64,000 nucleotides of DNA from Sphingobacteriia bacterium (GTDB lineage Bacteria; Bacteroidota; Bacteroidia; Chitinophagales; Chitinophagaceae), in assembly GCA_031369485.1 (NCBI GenBank), contig JANMOT010000043.1, positions 1,595 to 65,594 on the forward strand, given 5' to 3'. The position numbers and the translations under genes are program-made. The notes below the pieces were generated by a model, which saw nothing but the letters and a program-made list of their open reading frames with translations, ran no database searches and was not told the DNA's origin. Shown piece after piece: positions 55,289-64,000 of this stretch. The first letter of the stretch is position 1. The number at the start of each line of letters is the position of its first letter.

Positions 55289-56596
55289 TTATTTTGCTTC
55301 CAAAATGAGAAATTTTTTGCCTTTAATTTTTTCTGGCTGAACCAATTTTAATAAACCAGCGAGTTTATTTTTCTTTACGGCCACAAAAGAATTGTGGTCT
55401 TTTACTACAATCAATCCGAGCTCTTCTTTGGTGAGTTTTCCCTTCTGCATAAAAAGACCTACAATGTCTACTTTATTTAATTTCTCTTTTTTTCCTGCAT
55501 TTATATATACTGTCGCCCAGTTAGAAGCACTGGGTTTAGGGGCATTGGCTAACAAATTCATTTCAATAGGATCTGCATCTAAATACTTGGGCAACTGTTC
55601 TTCATCATGTAAAATCAGGTAAATATGCCCACTTGCATGCATTCTTGCAGTCCTTCCATTGCGATGGGTAAACTCCGGCATTGTTACTGGTAAGTGGTAG
55701 TGAATGATATGTTCAATGTCAGGAATATCCAATCCCCTTGCAGCAAGATCCGTAGCTATCAAGTATTTAGCAGTTCCATTCCTGAATTTGATCAGTGCCT
55801 GCTCGCGTTGCATTTGTTCCATGCCACCGTGAAAAGTAGTATTTGGAATGCCTTTTTCTGCCAACAAAGTCCCCGTTCTTTCTACTGCTTCTCGGTGGTT
55901 ACAAAATATAAAAGCTTGTTTATTATCTAGGTTACACAATAATTGGTAAAGGGTTTCAACTTTATCTTTTTCGGCAGATCTTACCAAGTAATAGTCCAGC
56001 GCTACCGATGATTCATTGTGCTGTAAAAAATTCAATATTTCTTTTTCTTCTGGTTCTACAAAAGCGGGGATGGCAATAGATGCGGTTGCGGACACAAATA
56101 ATTTTTGTACCGTAGGCTTTAATACACGAGTAATATATTCCATATCGGCTTCAAAGCCGAGTGCCAATGATTTATCAAATTCATCAAAAACAAAAATATG
56201 AATGCTTTTAGCGTCAAAAGTTCTTCGCTTGAGGTGATCAGCAATTCTACCCGGTGTGCCTACCATAATTGCAGGGGGCTCTACGAGACTATTAATTTCT
56301 TCTTGCATATCATGCCCACCATAAGCACAAATAATTTTATAGCCCGTGGACATTTTTTTCCATACCTGTTCTATCTGTATGGCCAGCTCCCTAGATGGTG
56401 TTAATATCAATACTTGTACTTGTTTAGATTTGGGATTTAGGTTTTCGAGTAAAGGCAATAAAAAAGCAAGCGTTTTACCAGAGCCCGTGGGTGATAATAG
56501 CAATACGTGTTTGTGTTGCACAATCGCTTCCCTTGCTGCAAGCTGCATACTGTTCAATGCAGTGATGCCGATTTTATTTAATATAGTCTGGTTCAT
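55289..56596 (-). CDS. DEAD-box-type RNA helicase with DbpA-like C-terminal RNA-binding domain
   Basis: Motifs SPTGSGKT, PSRELA, TPGR, DEFD (motif II variant), SAT, ARGLDI, HRNGRTAR. The C-terminal roughly 70 aa resemble the DbpA RBD. Confidence 0.85.
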   Translation of the reverse strand: MNQTILNKIGITALNSMQLAAREAIVQHKHVLLLSPTGSGKTLAFLLPLLENLNPKSKQVQVLILTPSRELAIQIEQVWKKMSTGYKIICAYGGHDMQEEINSLVEPPAIMVGTPGRIADHLKRRTFDAKSIHIFVFDEFDKSLALGFEADMEYITRVLKPTVQKLFVSATASIAIPAFVEPEEKEILNFLQHNESSVALDYYLVRSAEKDKVETLYQLLCNLDNKQAFIFCNHREAVERTGTLLAEKGIPNTTFHGGMEQMQREQALIKFRNGTAKYLIATDLAARGLDIPDIEHIIHYHLPVTMPEFTHRNGRTARMHASGHIYLILHDEEQLPKYLDADPIEMNLLANAPKPSASNWATVYINAGKKEKLNKVDIVGLFMQKGKLTKEELGLIVVKDHNSFVAVKKNKLAGLLKLVQPEKIKGKKFLILEAK

Positions 56597-56651
56597 AATT
56601 TAATAAATAGCGAATACAGGAAGCGCTGGTGATGGTGGTTCAAAAAAAATC

Positions 56652-57185
56652 TCAATATTTTAGTACGGTATATCCCTTAGCCGAATAATTGGTAATGGTA
56701 GTAATGGCAGAGATAGTAGGTAAAATTTCTGGTATTATATCCTTCAAGTCAACCTTTCTTTTAAACATGGTTTGTCCGCATACAAATAACTCAACCCCCG
56801 CTTCTTTCAAAGCAGTAAAAATAGGAAGGTTTGGATTGCTTACTCCAAATTTTTGTTTATAGGCTTCATCATTAAGTATGGTCATTATTGCAGGACCGTG
56901 AATAATAACTGCCAGTTTTATTTTTTCTTTTGAAACACCCGCCAATGCATGCAGGTTGATGATTCGGGCAATATTATCGATTGACTCATTAATTTCCCAA
57001 CAAGGAGACCCATTGAGTGATACTATATCAACCAATATTTTATAAGTAGATTTTGAACCTGTATTTGCAACTGCAAACGGCACTTCAAATACAGTCCCGT
57101 ATTTACTAATTACAGGATTTACTGGGGTTTGTGCTGCTGCTATTTCTGATAATAATATGCCTGTAATAATCATTATTCTAATCAT
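56652..57185 (-). CDS. DsrE/DsrF-like family protein with signal peptide
   Basis: N-terminal signal MIRIMIITGILLSEIAAAQ. DsrE-like core (KLAVIIHGPAI...ELFVCGQTM). Confidence 0.55.
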   Translation of the reverse strand: MIRIMIITGILLSEIAAAQTPVNPVISKYGTVFEVPFAVANTGSKSTYKILVDIVSLNGSPCWEINESIDNIARIINLHALAGVSKEKIKLAVIIHGPAIMTILNDEAYKQKFGVSNPNLPIFTALKEAGVELFVCGQTMFKRKVDLKDIIPEILPTISAITTITNYSAKGYTVLKY

Positions 57186-57219
57186 AATCCCATACTATTT
57201 AAGTGGATGAAAGGTACAG

Positions 57220-59487
57220 CTATTTACCAAACTTTTTTTTCAGTGCCTGTAAGGCATCGTTTACATTCATATTGCTTAGGTCTGCTGGCTGATCATTGGC
57301 TCTTTTTGAAGCATTGAAATTGGAGGATGAAGAACGCTTGGCTGCATTGATATTGACTGCATTTGTGGGTGTTGTAGTCTCGGTCTGTTTAATTGACAAT
57401 GCAATGCGCTTCCGAACCAAATCTATTTCCAATACTTTTACCAGTACTTTTTGGCCCAGCTTTAGAACCTCACTCGGATCACTGATATATTTATTGGCAA
57501 TTTCACTTACATGCACCAGTCCATCCTGCTTCACCCCTATATCAATAAAAGCTCCAAAACGGGTAAGATTGGTCACCATTCCCGGAAGCACTAGCCCAAC
57601 GGTTACTTCTTCCATTTTATAAATATTTGCGTACTCAAACTGTTCCAATTCACTGCGAGGATCAAGACCTGGCTTCTGTAACTCTTTCACAATATCATTC
57701 AATGCCAATATTCCAATTTGATCGGTTGTATATTTTTTGGTGTCAATCAATTTCAACAAATTTTCATTCCCAATTAATGCGGTTACGCTGGATTGAACAT
57801 CAGCAGCCATTTTTTCTACAATGGCATAAGCTTCGGGGTGAACAGCACTTGCATCCAGTGGATGTGTTGAAGCAGGAATGCGTAAGAATCCTGCGCACTG
57901 TTCATAAGCTTTAGCGCCCAAACGAGGCACTTTCAACAATTCATTGCGAGAAGAAAATCTCCCTAATTCTTTTCTATGCTTAATGATATTCTCTGCAACC
58001 GACTCATTAATTCCGCTTACATAACTGAGTAATTGCTTACTGGCGGTATTGAGATTTACCCCGACTGTATTTACGCAGCTCACAACGGTTTGATCTAGTT
58101 TTTCTTTCAGCCTAAATTGATTTACATCGTGTTGGTACTGCCCTACCCCAATACTTTTGGGATCAATTTTAACCAACTCAGCCAAAGGATCCATCAACCT
58201 TCTTCCAATACTAACAGAGCCACGCACGGTAATATCGTAATCGGGAAATTCTGCCCTCGCTATTTCAGATGCAGAATATACGGATGCGCCATCTTCATTC
58301 ACCAAAAAAACTGGTAATCCCAGGTTCATCTTTTTTATAAACTGTTCGGTTTCTCTGCCCGCAGTTCCATCTCCAATTGCAAATACTTGAATACCGTATT
58401 GTTTTACCAGCTCTTTAATTTTGTATTCGCTGTCGTAGAGTCGATTTGCTTCATGAACAAAAATTAAATCGGTCTTTAAAAGCTCACCATTCTCGTCAAG
58501 GCAAACCACTTTGCAGCCAGTTCTGTAACCGGGATCAATGGCCAGCACTTTCTTACTACCCAGTGGGGCGCTCAATAGCAACTGTCGTAAATTTTCGGCA
58601 AATACATTAATAGCGTCCTCATCGGCTTTTTGCTTTAGTGCTGTTCTGCACTCTGTTTCTAAACTCGGTTGTAACATTCTACGGTAGGCGTCTTTAATGG
58701 CTTTGCGCAGTTGATCTGAAGCGGGACTCATTCCCTTTATATATGCTTCTTCAATAGCATACAAAGCATCTTCTTCAGTGGGCGCAATATTCATCCGCAA
58801 AAACCCTTCTAAAAAACCACGGAGTATGGCCAGAATCCGATGCGATGGAATTTTATGAATGGGTTCTGAGAAATCAAAATAGTCCTTGTATTTAATGGCT
58901 TCCGTTTCTTTATCCGTCAGTACTTTACTTTGCAAATTGGCTTGATCCTCAAAAATCTTGCGCAGCTTAGCACGTATAGCTGCATTTTCATTTACATTTT
59001 CTGCAATAATATCTCTTGCACCTTGCAGTGCTTCTTCTATGGTAGTTATTTTTTCATTGAAATATTTTGCAGCTTCTGCTTCAACAGAGCCAATACCTTG
59101 CTCCAAAAGAAAGTTGGCAAGCGGCTCTAATCCATGCTCTCTTGCTACCACTGCCTTGGTTTTACGCTTTACTTTATAAGGCAAATAAATATCTTCCAGT
59201 TCCAGTAAAGTGCTTGCTGCATTAATTCTTGCCTGTAATTGTTCCGTCATTTTACCTTGTTCAACAATGGTCTTCTCAATAAAAACCTTTCTTTCGGTAA
59301 ATGCTTGAATTATTTTCTGTTCATCTTGTATCTGTTGTATCTGAACCTCGTCTAAATTGCCCGTACTATCTTTGCGATAACGAGCAATAAAAGGGATGGT
59401 AGATCCTTCCAGCAAAAGGGTTAATACGATTTCTATTTGGGCAACACGAATGCCAAGCTTAGCAGCAATGATTGGGGCAAAAGACAT
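57220..59487 (-). CDS. tex: Tex-like transcription accessory protein (S1 domain)
   Basis: N-terminus IVLTLLLEGSTIPFIARYRK. YqgF/HhH region. C-terminal S1 domain (GMVTNLTRFGAFIDIG...GLVHVSE). The ATG at 59487 avoids overlap with the upstream gene. Confidence 0.9.
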   Translation of the reverse strand: MSFAPIIAAKLGIRVAQIEIVLTLLLEGSTIPFIARYRKDSTGNLDEVQIQQIQDEQKIIQAFTERKVFIEKTIVEQGKMTEQLQARINAASTLLELEDIYLPYKVKRKTKAVVAREHGLEPLANFLLEQGIGSVEAEAAKYFNEKITTIEEALQGARDIIAENVNENAAIRAKLRKIFEDQANLQSKVLTDKETEAIKYKDYFDFSEPIHKIPSHRILAILRGFLEGFLRMNIAPTEEDALYAIEEAYIKGMSPASDQLRKAIKDAYRRMLQPSLETECRTALKQKADEDAINVFAENLRQLLLSAPLGSKKVLAIDPGYRTGCKVVCLDENGELLKTDLIFVHEANRLYDSEYKIKELVKQYGIQVFAIGDGTAGRETEQFIKKMNLGLPVFLVNEDGASVYSASEIARAEFPDYDITVRGSVSIGRRLMDPLAELVKIDPKSIGVGQYQHDVNQFRLKEKLDQTVVSCVNTVGVNLNTASKQLLSYVSGINESVAENIIKHRKELGRFSSRNELLKVPRLGAKAYEQCAGFLRIPASTHPLDASAVHPEAYAIVEKMAADVQSSVTALIGNENLLKLIDTKKYTTDQIGILALNDIVKELQKPGLDPRSELEQFEYANIYKMEEVTVGLVLPGMVTNLTRFGAFIDIGVKQDGLVHVSEIANKYISDPSEVLKLGQKVLVKVLEIDLVRKRIALSIKQTETTTPTNAVNINAAKRSSSSNFNASKRANDQPADLSNMNVNDALQALKKKFGK

Positions 59488-59500
59488 ATATCTATTCAAT

Positions 59501-60847
59501 TTAAGGGCTGCGAAAGTAGCTAATTCTAACAATCTTAGCAGGATAGCGTTCGGTATATTTTCGAATCATTCCCTTAATCACTTCATTCTCGGCATAGGGA
59601 GTCACCTCCAATTTGAGTGATTCAAAATGATCTGGGTGCAGTGGTTCTTCCGAAAATTGGGTATCCACTTCCCCCATACCTATGAATTTTCCTTTTTCAA
59701 CCAGGATTGCCGTCTTTTTTTCACAAATAATAAAGCTTTCTTTTTCTGCGGCAATAAAAGCCAAAGCTTGTTTTACTTGACGATTGTAGTGCTCTATTTC
59801 GGGCAATTCATCGGGTATAGATTTATCTAAAAAGCAGAGTGATGGATGCAATTCAAATGACTTCACCAGTCGCCATAACTCACGATGAGCATCTACCAAC
59901 AAGGAAAAAGCAACAATGGGCTGGGTTTGCTTATGTTTTTTATCTATTGCCAGTCTCAAATATCCACGAGCATCTTCAAAAGCATAAATACCCCAATTTT
60001 GCTCATATCTTTTCTGACTTTTATTGTAGGCAGGCCAGAGTCGCTTTATTTCAATACTCTCAAAAATAGAAGCAATAAATTCAGTGGGGCAGTCAACGTG
60101 ACTAATGGTATAGATTTCGCGAATAAAATCTTGCCGTTTACGGCTGGTATCGAGTCCCGAAAAATGACTCACCACCCTTTTTTTCAGATTCTTAGCTTTT
60201 CCTACATAAACCACTTTGCCTTTATTGTTGTGAAAGTAGTATACGCCAGGCGTGGCGGGTAATTGGTTGATAAAATGTTTAGGCAAATTAGCGGGAAGTA
60301 AATATTCTTTATGTTCTTTTTGCAGCATTTCTTTGATAAGAATACCTCCATTGTTTTTTAAGACCAAATCAAGCACTTCGGCGGTTGCCAATGCATCTCC
60401 ACCGGCACGGTGGCGGTTATATATGGGTATATTAAGCTGGCGGCAGAGATGCCCCAGGCCGTATTTGGGGAAACCCGGAAAAGCCTTGCGGCTAAGTCTT
60501 ATGGTACAAAGTTTAAGTGTTTGTAAATCAAACCCACTTTGTTGAAGATGGTGTTTTACAAAGCTAAAATCGAAATTTACATTATGGGCAACGAATACCC
60601 TATTACTGAGTAATTGAAAGATTTTAGGGGCAATATCGGCAAAGGAAGGCGCAGCCATTACCATTGCATTGGTAATACCAGTCATGCCTACAATAAAAGG
60701 AGGAATTGGCTGGAAGGGGTTAACCAAGCTTTCAAAGCGACCTTCTATTTCCGTTCCATTGTGAAGTACAATGGCAATTTCGGTTATTCCGTGTTGCTGT
60801 GGGAAACCACCTGTTGTTTCTATATCTACTACCGCAAAGCGCATCAT
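59501..60847 (-). CDS. DnaQ-like 3'-5' exonuclease fused to a GIY-YIG (UvrC/Cho N-terminal-like) nuclease domain
   Basis: Exo I FAVVDIETTG, Exo II VAHNVNFDFSF, Exo III HRAGGDALAT. This is followed by GVYYFHNNKGKVVYVGKAKNLKKRVVSHF (GIY-YIG). Confidence 0.8.
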   Translation of the reverse strand: MMRFAVVDIETTGGFPQQHGITEIAIVLHNGTEIEGRFESLVNPFQPIPPFIVGMTGITNAMVMAAPSFADIAPKIFQLLSNRVFVAHNVNFDFSFVKHHLQQSGFDLQTLKLCTIRLSRKAFPGFPKYGLGHLCRQLNIPIYNRHRAGGDALATAEVLDLVLKNNGGILIKEMLQKEHKEYLLPANLPKHFINQLPATPGVYYFHNNKGKVVYVGKAKNLKKRVVSHFSGLDTSRKRQDFIREIYTISHVDCPTEFIASIFESIEIKRLWPAYNKSQKRYEQNWGIYAFEDARGYLRLAIDKKHKQTQPIVAFSLLVDAHRELWRLVKSFELHPSLCFLDKSIPDELPEIEHYNRQVKQALAFIAAEKESFIICEKKTAILVEKGKFIGMGEVDTQFSEEPLHPDHFESLKLEVTPYAENEVIKGMIRKYTERYPAKIVRISYFRSP

Positions 60848-61228
60848 TTTAATAAATTACTACAGTAAATATCATTTATATTATTTATCTTGTAAAGGTT
60901 CGATTGTTCTGCCTATTTAGGGTGCTTTAAAGTGCCTCTAAAATAGGGTAATAAGCGAATATATAACCTTATTTTCCACCTAAATCCCCCGATTGGTATG
61001 GAACAAACTAAAAATCATTTCACTTTAAGTGAAAATATGAGAAATGCTGCTATTGTAGCTGTTTTATTCTTTTTTATTGCGCTGCTTTCTTACTTGGAAT
61101 GGCGTGGAGTTAAATTATTCTAAAAGAAATTATAATAAATGTAATATTTACGGCTACTTTACAACTAATAGTCAAAAAACTACTCCTAAGGGTGTAACAT
61201 TTTTTTTCAACCTACGTTATTGTATTGT

Positions 61229-61495
61229 ATGCAAAACACAATCAACCTACAAAACCACTACATCATTTTCCGTATTTTGATGGTCGTATTTTTTGCTTTT
61301 AATATTTCTGCTTGTGATACGCCCGAAAAAGCGGCCAAGATTTTACGAAAAAAAGTACAGGAAAAAGCCACACAAATTTGCTTGTCCCATAAAATAAATG
61401 TGGATCAGGAACTGGAAAAATTGGAATGTATTATAGCCGCACCATCTTTATCGGAGTCCATTTCTGAAAAAACCGAGCTTATTTCTAGCTGGTAA
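61229..61495 (+). CDS. small hypothetical lipoprotein
   Basis: From the ATG at 61229: MQNTINLQNHYIIFRILMVVFFAFNISAC, a lipobox-like sequence. 88 aa. No recognisable family. Confidence 0.45.
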   Translation: MQNTINLQNHYIIFRILMVVFFAFNISACDTPEKAAKILRKKVQEKATQICLSHKINVDQELEKLECIIAAPSLSESISEKTELISSW

Positions 61496-61555
61496 TACTG
61501 CATCCATACTCTATCATAAATTATAAGCTTTTATTTATTGCTCCTTCCTATTCCT

Positions 61556-61563
61556 TAAATTTG
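61556..61563 (+). promoter_or_regulatory. -7-type box upstream of valS
   Basis: TAAATTTG matches TAnnTTTG and lies 31 nt upstream of the ATG at 61595. The -33 element is unclear. Confidence 0.3.
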
Positions 61564-61594
61564 CTGCTTTATCAATAAAGCCAAACAGCCTATT

Positions 61595-64000
61595 ATGGGC
61601 AACAAAATGGAACTGAGCAAGAACTATATCCCCAACGAAATAGAATCTAAGTGGTACGAATATTGGATTGAAAAAGACTATTTCTCTAGTAAACCTGATG
61701 GTCGCGAATCATATACCGTAGTTATTCCCCCACCTAATGTAACTGGAATTTTACATATGGGTCATTGCCTCAATAATACCATTCAAGATATTCTTGTGCG
61801 ACGTGCGCGCATGCAAGGAAAAAATGCTTGTTGGGTTCCGGGCACTGATCACGCTTCTATTGCAACAGAAGCCAAAGTAGTAGGTATGTTGCGAGAAAGA
61901 GGCATTACCAAATCGTCGTTAACCAGAAGCGAATTTCTAGAGTATGCTTGGGAATGGAAAGAAAAATATGGCGGAATTATTTTGCAACAACTGAGGAAAA
62001 TAGGTTGCAGTCTCGACTGGAATCGTACTTCTTTTACCATGGATCCTGACTATTATAATTCGGTGATGAATGTATTTATAGACCTGTATAAGAAGGGACA
62101 TATTTACCGCGGTAAGCGGATGATAAATTGGGATGTAAAAGCAAAAACGGCGCTGAGTGATGAGGAAGTTATTTACAAAGAAGTACAGAGTAAGCTCTAT
62201 TATATAAAATATTTTTTAGAAGAAGAGCTACCGTCTACCGTCTCTTATATCACCATCGCCACGGTGCGACCAGAAACAATATTGGGCGATGCGGCTATCT
62301 GCGTAAACCCCAACGATGAGCGCTACAAACACTTGCATGGTAAATACGCATATGTGCCGTTGATCAACCGGAAAATAAAAATTATTCCCGATGAATATGT
62401 AACGCTTGATTTTGGCACAGGCGCATTAAAAGTAACACCAGCACATGATATGAACGATTACCAGTTGGGGCAGAAATACAACTTGGAAATTATTGATACC
62501 ATGAATGATGATGGAACCATGAGTGAAGCAGCAACTGGCTATGCGGGCATAGATCGCTTTGAAGTGAGAAAGAAAATTGTGGTAGATTTAGAAGCGGCAG
62601 GGCATATTGAAAAGATAGAAGAATATCAGAATCAGATAGGTTTCAGCGAAAGAACAGATGCGGTTGTTGAGCCGAGACTTAGCCTACAATGGTGGGTAAG
62701 TATGAAGCAATTAGCTGCACCAGCTTTATCGGCGGTAATGGAGGATGAAATTCATTTTCACCCAGCCAAATTCAAGAATTTGTACCGTCATTGGATGGAA
62801 AATATTAAAGATTGGTGCATCAGCCGACAGCTTTGGTGGGGACATCAAATACCTGCTTGGTATGCCCCTGATGGATCATTTGCAGTAGCCAAAACAGCAG
62901 CAGAAGCATTGGTGTTACTGCAAGAACAATACCCTGATTTAGCTATTCAGTTGAACGATTTAAAACAAGATGAAGATTGCCTAGATACTTGGTTTTCTAG
63001 CTGGCTATGGCCATTTGAAGTGTTCAAAGGATTGTCGCATCCTGGCAATAAAGAAGCAGCCTACTACTACCCTACTAGCACATTGGTAACGGCACCAGAG
63101 ATTATTTTTTTCTGGGTGGCAAGAATGATAATGGCAGGTTATGAGTACCAACAAGCCAAACCATTCAACGATGTTTATTTCACAGGCATTGTGAGGGATA
63201 AATTGGGCAGGAAAATGAGTAAGAGTTTGGGCAATTCACCTGACTTGCTCGGATTAATAGATCAATATGGTGCAGATGCCGTTCGATTTGGCATTTTGAT
63301 AGCATCCCCCGCTGGTAATGATATTTTATTTGATGAATCAGCTTTAGAACAGGGAAGGAATTTCAATAATAAACTTTGGAATGCGTTGAAGTTGGTGAAA
63401 ATGTGGGAAGCAAGACAGTCGCTAGGTGATAAACAGCTGACCGCAGTAACTGGCGAAGCTGATTTTGCTATTGATTGGTTTGAGAACCGACTTAATGAAG
63501 CGGTTGCAGAAGTAGAGGCACAGATGGTTCAATTTAAACTAAGTGAAGCCCTTAAAACCATTTATTCCCTTATATGGGATGATTTCTGTAGTTGGTATTT
63601 AGAGTGGGTAAAGCCAGGTTTTGAGCAGCCAGTTGATGCAGTAGTTTACCAAAAGACCATTCACTTTTTTGAAAAGTTGATGGAATTATTGCACCCGATC
63701 ATGCCATTTATTACCGAAGAAATTTATCACCTACTCGGTAATCAGCAGGACGATCTTTGTGTGAAGCAACAACAAAAAACAGTGCCGAGCAATGCAACAA
63801 TATTAGCAGCAGGTGCTTTATTAAAAACCGTAATTAGCGCATTACGAGACGCAAGAAATAAGCAGCAATTAAAACCAAAAGAAAGCATTGTACTTCATAT
63901 ACAAACTGCCCATCAAGCAAACTATAAAGCCATAGAAAGTATTTTAATAAAGCAAGTAAATGCAACAGAAATAAAGTACACTGATGCAGCTATTGCCAAT
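61595..64000 (+). CDS. valS: valine--tRNA ligase (3' partial, runs off window)
   Basis: Absent from the ORF track because no stop is reached. Starts MGNKMELSKNYIPNEIESKWYEYW. HIGH-type motif PPPNVTGILHMGH. KMSKS at 63212-63226. Frame stays open for 802 codons to base 64000. Confidence 0.95.
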   Translation, partial: MGNKMELSKNYIPNEIESKWYEYWIEKDYFSSKPDGRESYTVVIPPPNVTGILHMGHCLNNTIQDILVRRARMQGKNACWVPGTDHASIATEAKVVGMLRERGITKSSLTRSEFLEYAWEWKEKYGGIILQQLRKIGCSLDWNRTSFTMDPDYYNSVMNVFIDLYKKGHIYRGKRMINWDVKAKTALSDEEVIYKEVQSKLYYIKYFLEEELPSTVSYITIATVRPETILGDAAICVNPNDERYKHLHGKYAYVPLINRKIKIIPDEYVTLDFGTGALKVTPAHDMNDYQLGQKYNLEIIDTMNDDGTMSEAATGYAGIDRFEVRKKIVVDLEAAGHIEKIEEYQNQIGFSERTDAVVEPRLSLQWWVSMKQLAAPALSAVMEDEIHFHPAKFKNLYRHWMENIKDWCISRQLWWGHQIPAWYAPDGSFAVAKTAAEALVLLQEQYPDLAIQLNDLKQDEDCLDTWFSSWLWPFEVFKGLSHPGNKEAAYYYPTSTLVTAPEIIFFWVARMIMAGYEYQQAKPFNDVYFTGIVRDKLGRKMSKSLGNSPDLLGLIDQYGADAVRFGILIASPAGNDILFDESALEQGRNFNNKLWNALKLVKMWEARQSLGDKQLTAVTGEADFAIDWFENRLNEAVAEVEAQMVQFKLSEALKTIYSLIWDDFCSWYLEWVKPGFEQPVDAVVYQKTIHFFEKLMELLHPIMPFITEEIYHLLGNQQDDLCVKQQQKTVPSNATILAAGALLKTVISALRDARNKQQLKPKESIVLHIQTAHQANYKAIESILIKQVNATEIKYTDAAIAN

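Noticed and set aside
1-64000. A window-wide look for CRISPR arrays, rRNA, intact IS elements or transposases, and long dispersed repeats.
   Set aside because: By eye I found no regularly spaced direct repeats, no rRNA-like sequence and no transposase-like ORF. The only repeats seen are the short ones reported at 44121-44196 and the recurring promoter hexa/octamers. A computational repeat scan would be needed to exclude longer imperfect repeats.

Overview
This is a chromosomal segment from a Bacteroidota-type genome. Supporting evidence is several exact TAnnTTTG -7 boxes with TTG/TTTG -33 elements, no obvious Shine-Dalgarno dependence, and DUF3276, DUF5686 and DUF4833 genes. Most of the window is densely packed housekeeping: ychF, gyrA, serA, hppA, pfkA-pyk, rlmH, tilS, tex, and valS running off the 3' end. 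There is also a GH20 hexosaminidase plus long-form nagB block. Two regions stand out. (1) 31.8-40.1 kb holds a seven-gene, translationally coupled inositol-lipid operon: inositol-3-phosphate synthase, PgpA-like phosphatase, GtrA, DUF5686 outer-membrane protein, CDP-alcohol phosphatidyltransferase, DUF4833 and an AUR1-like IPC synthase. A TetR gene precedes it, and a sphingomyelin-synthase-like PAP2_C gene converges on it. (2) 42.0-46.0 kb holds a tRNA-Arg(ACG) followed by an AT-rich, decayed accessory island. The island contains a serine-recombinase remnant, a PD-(D/E)xK plus CoiA-like membrane-tethered nuclease pair, a 580-bp ORF-free stretch, and a tightly coupled HipA-like kinase + DUF3037 pair. 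That kinase pair is my best candidate for an undescribed conflict or defence module. I saw no CRISPR array, rRNA or intact IS element. All calls come from reading the translations and sequence by eye. No database search was run.
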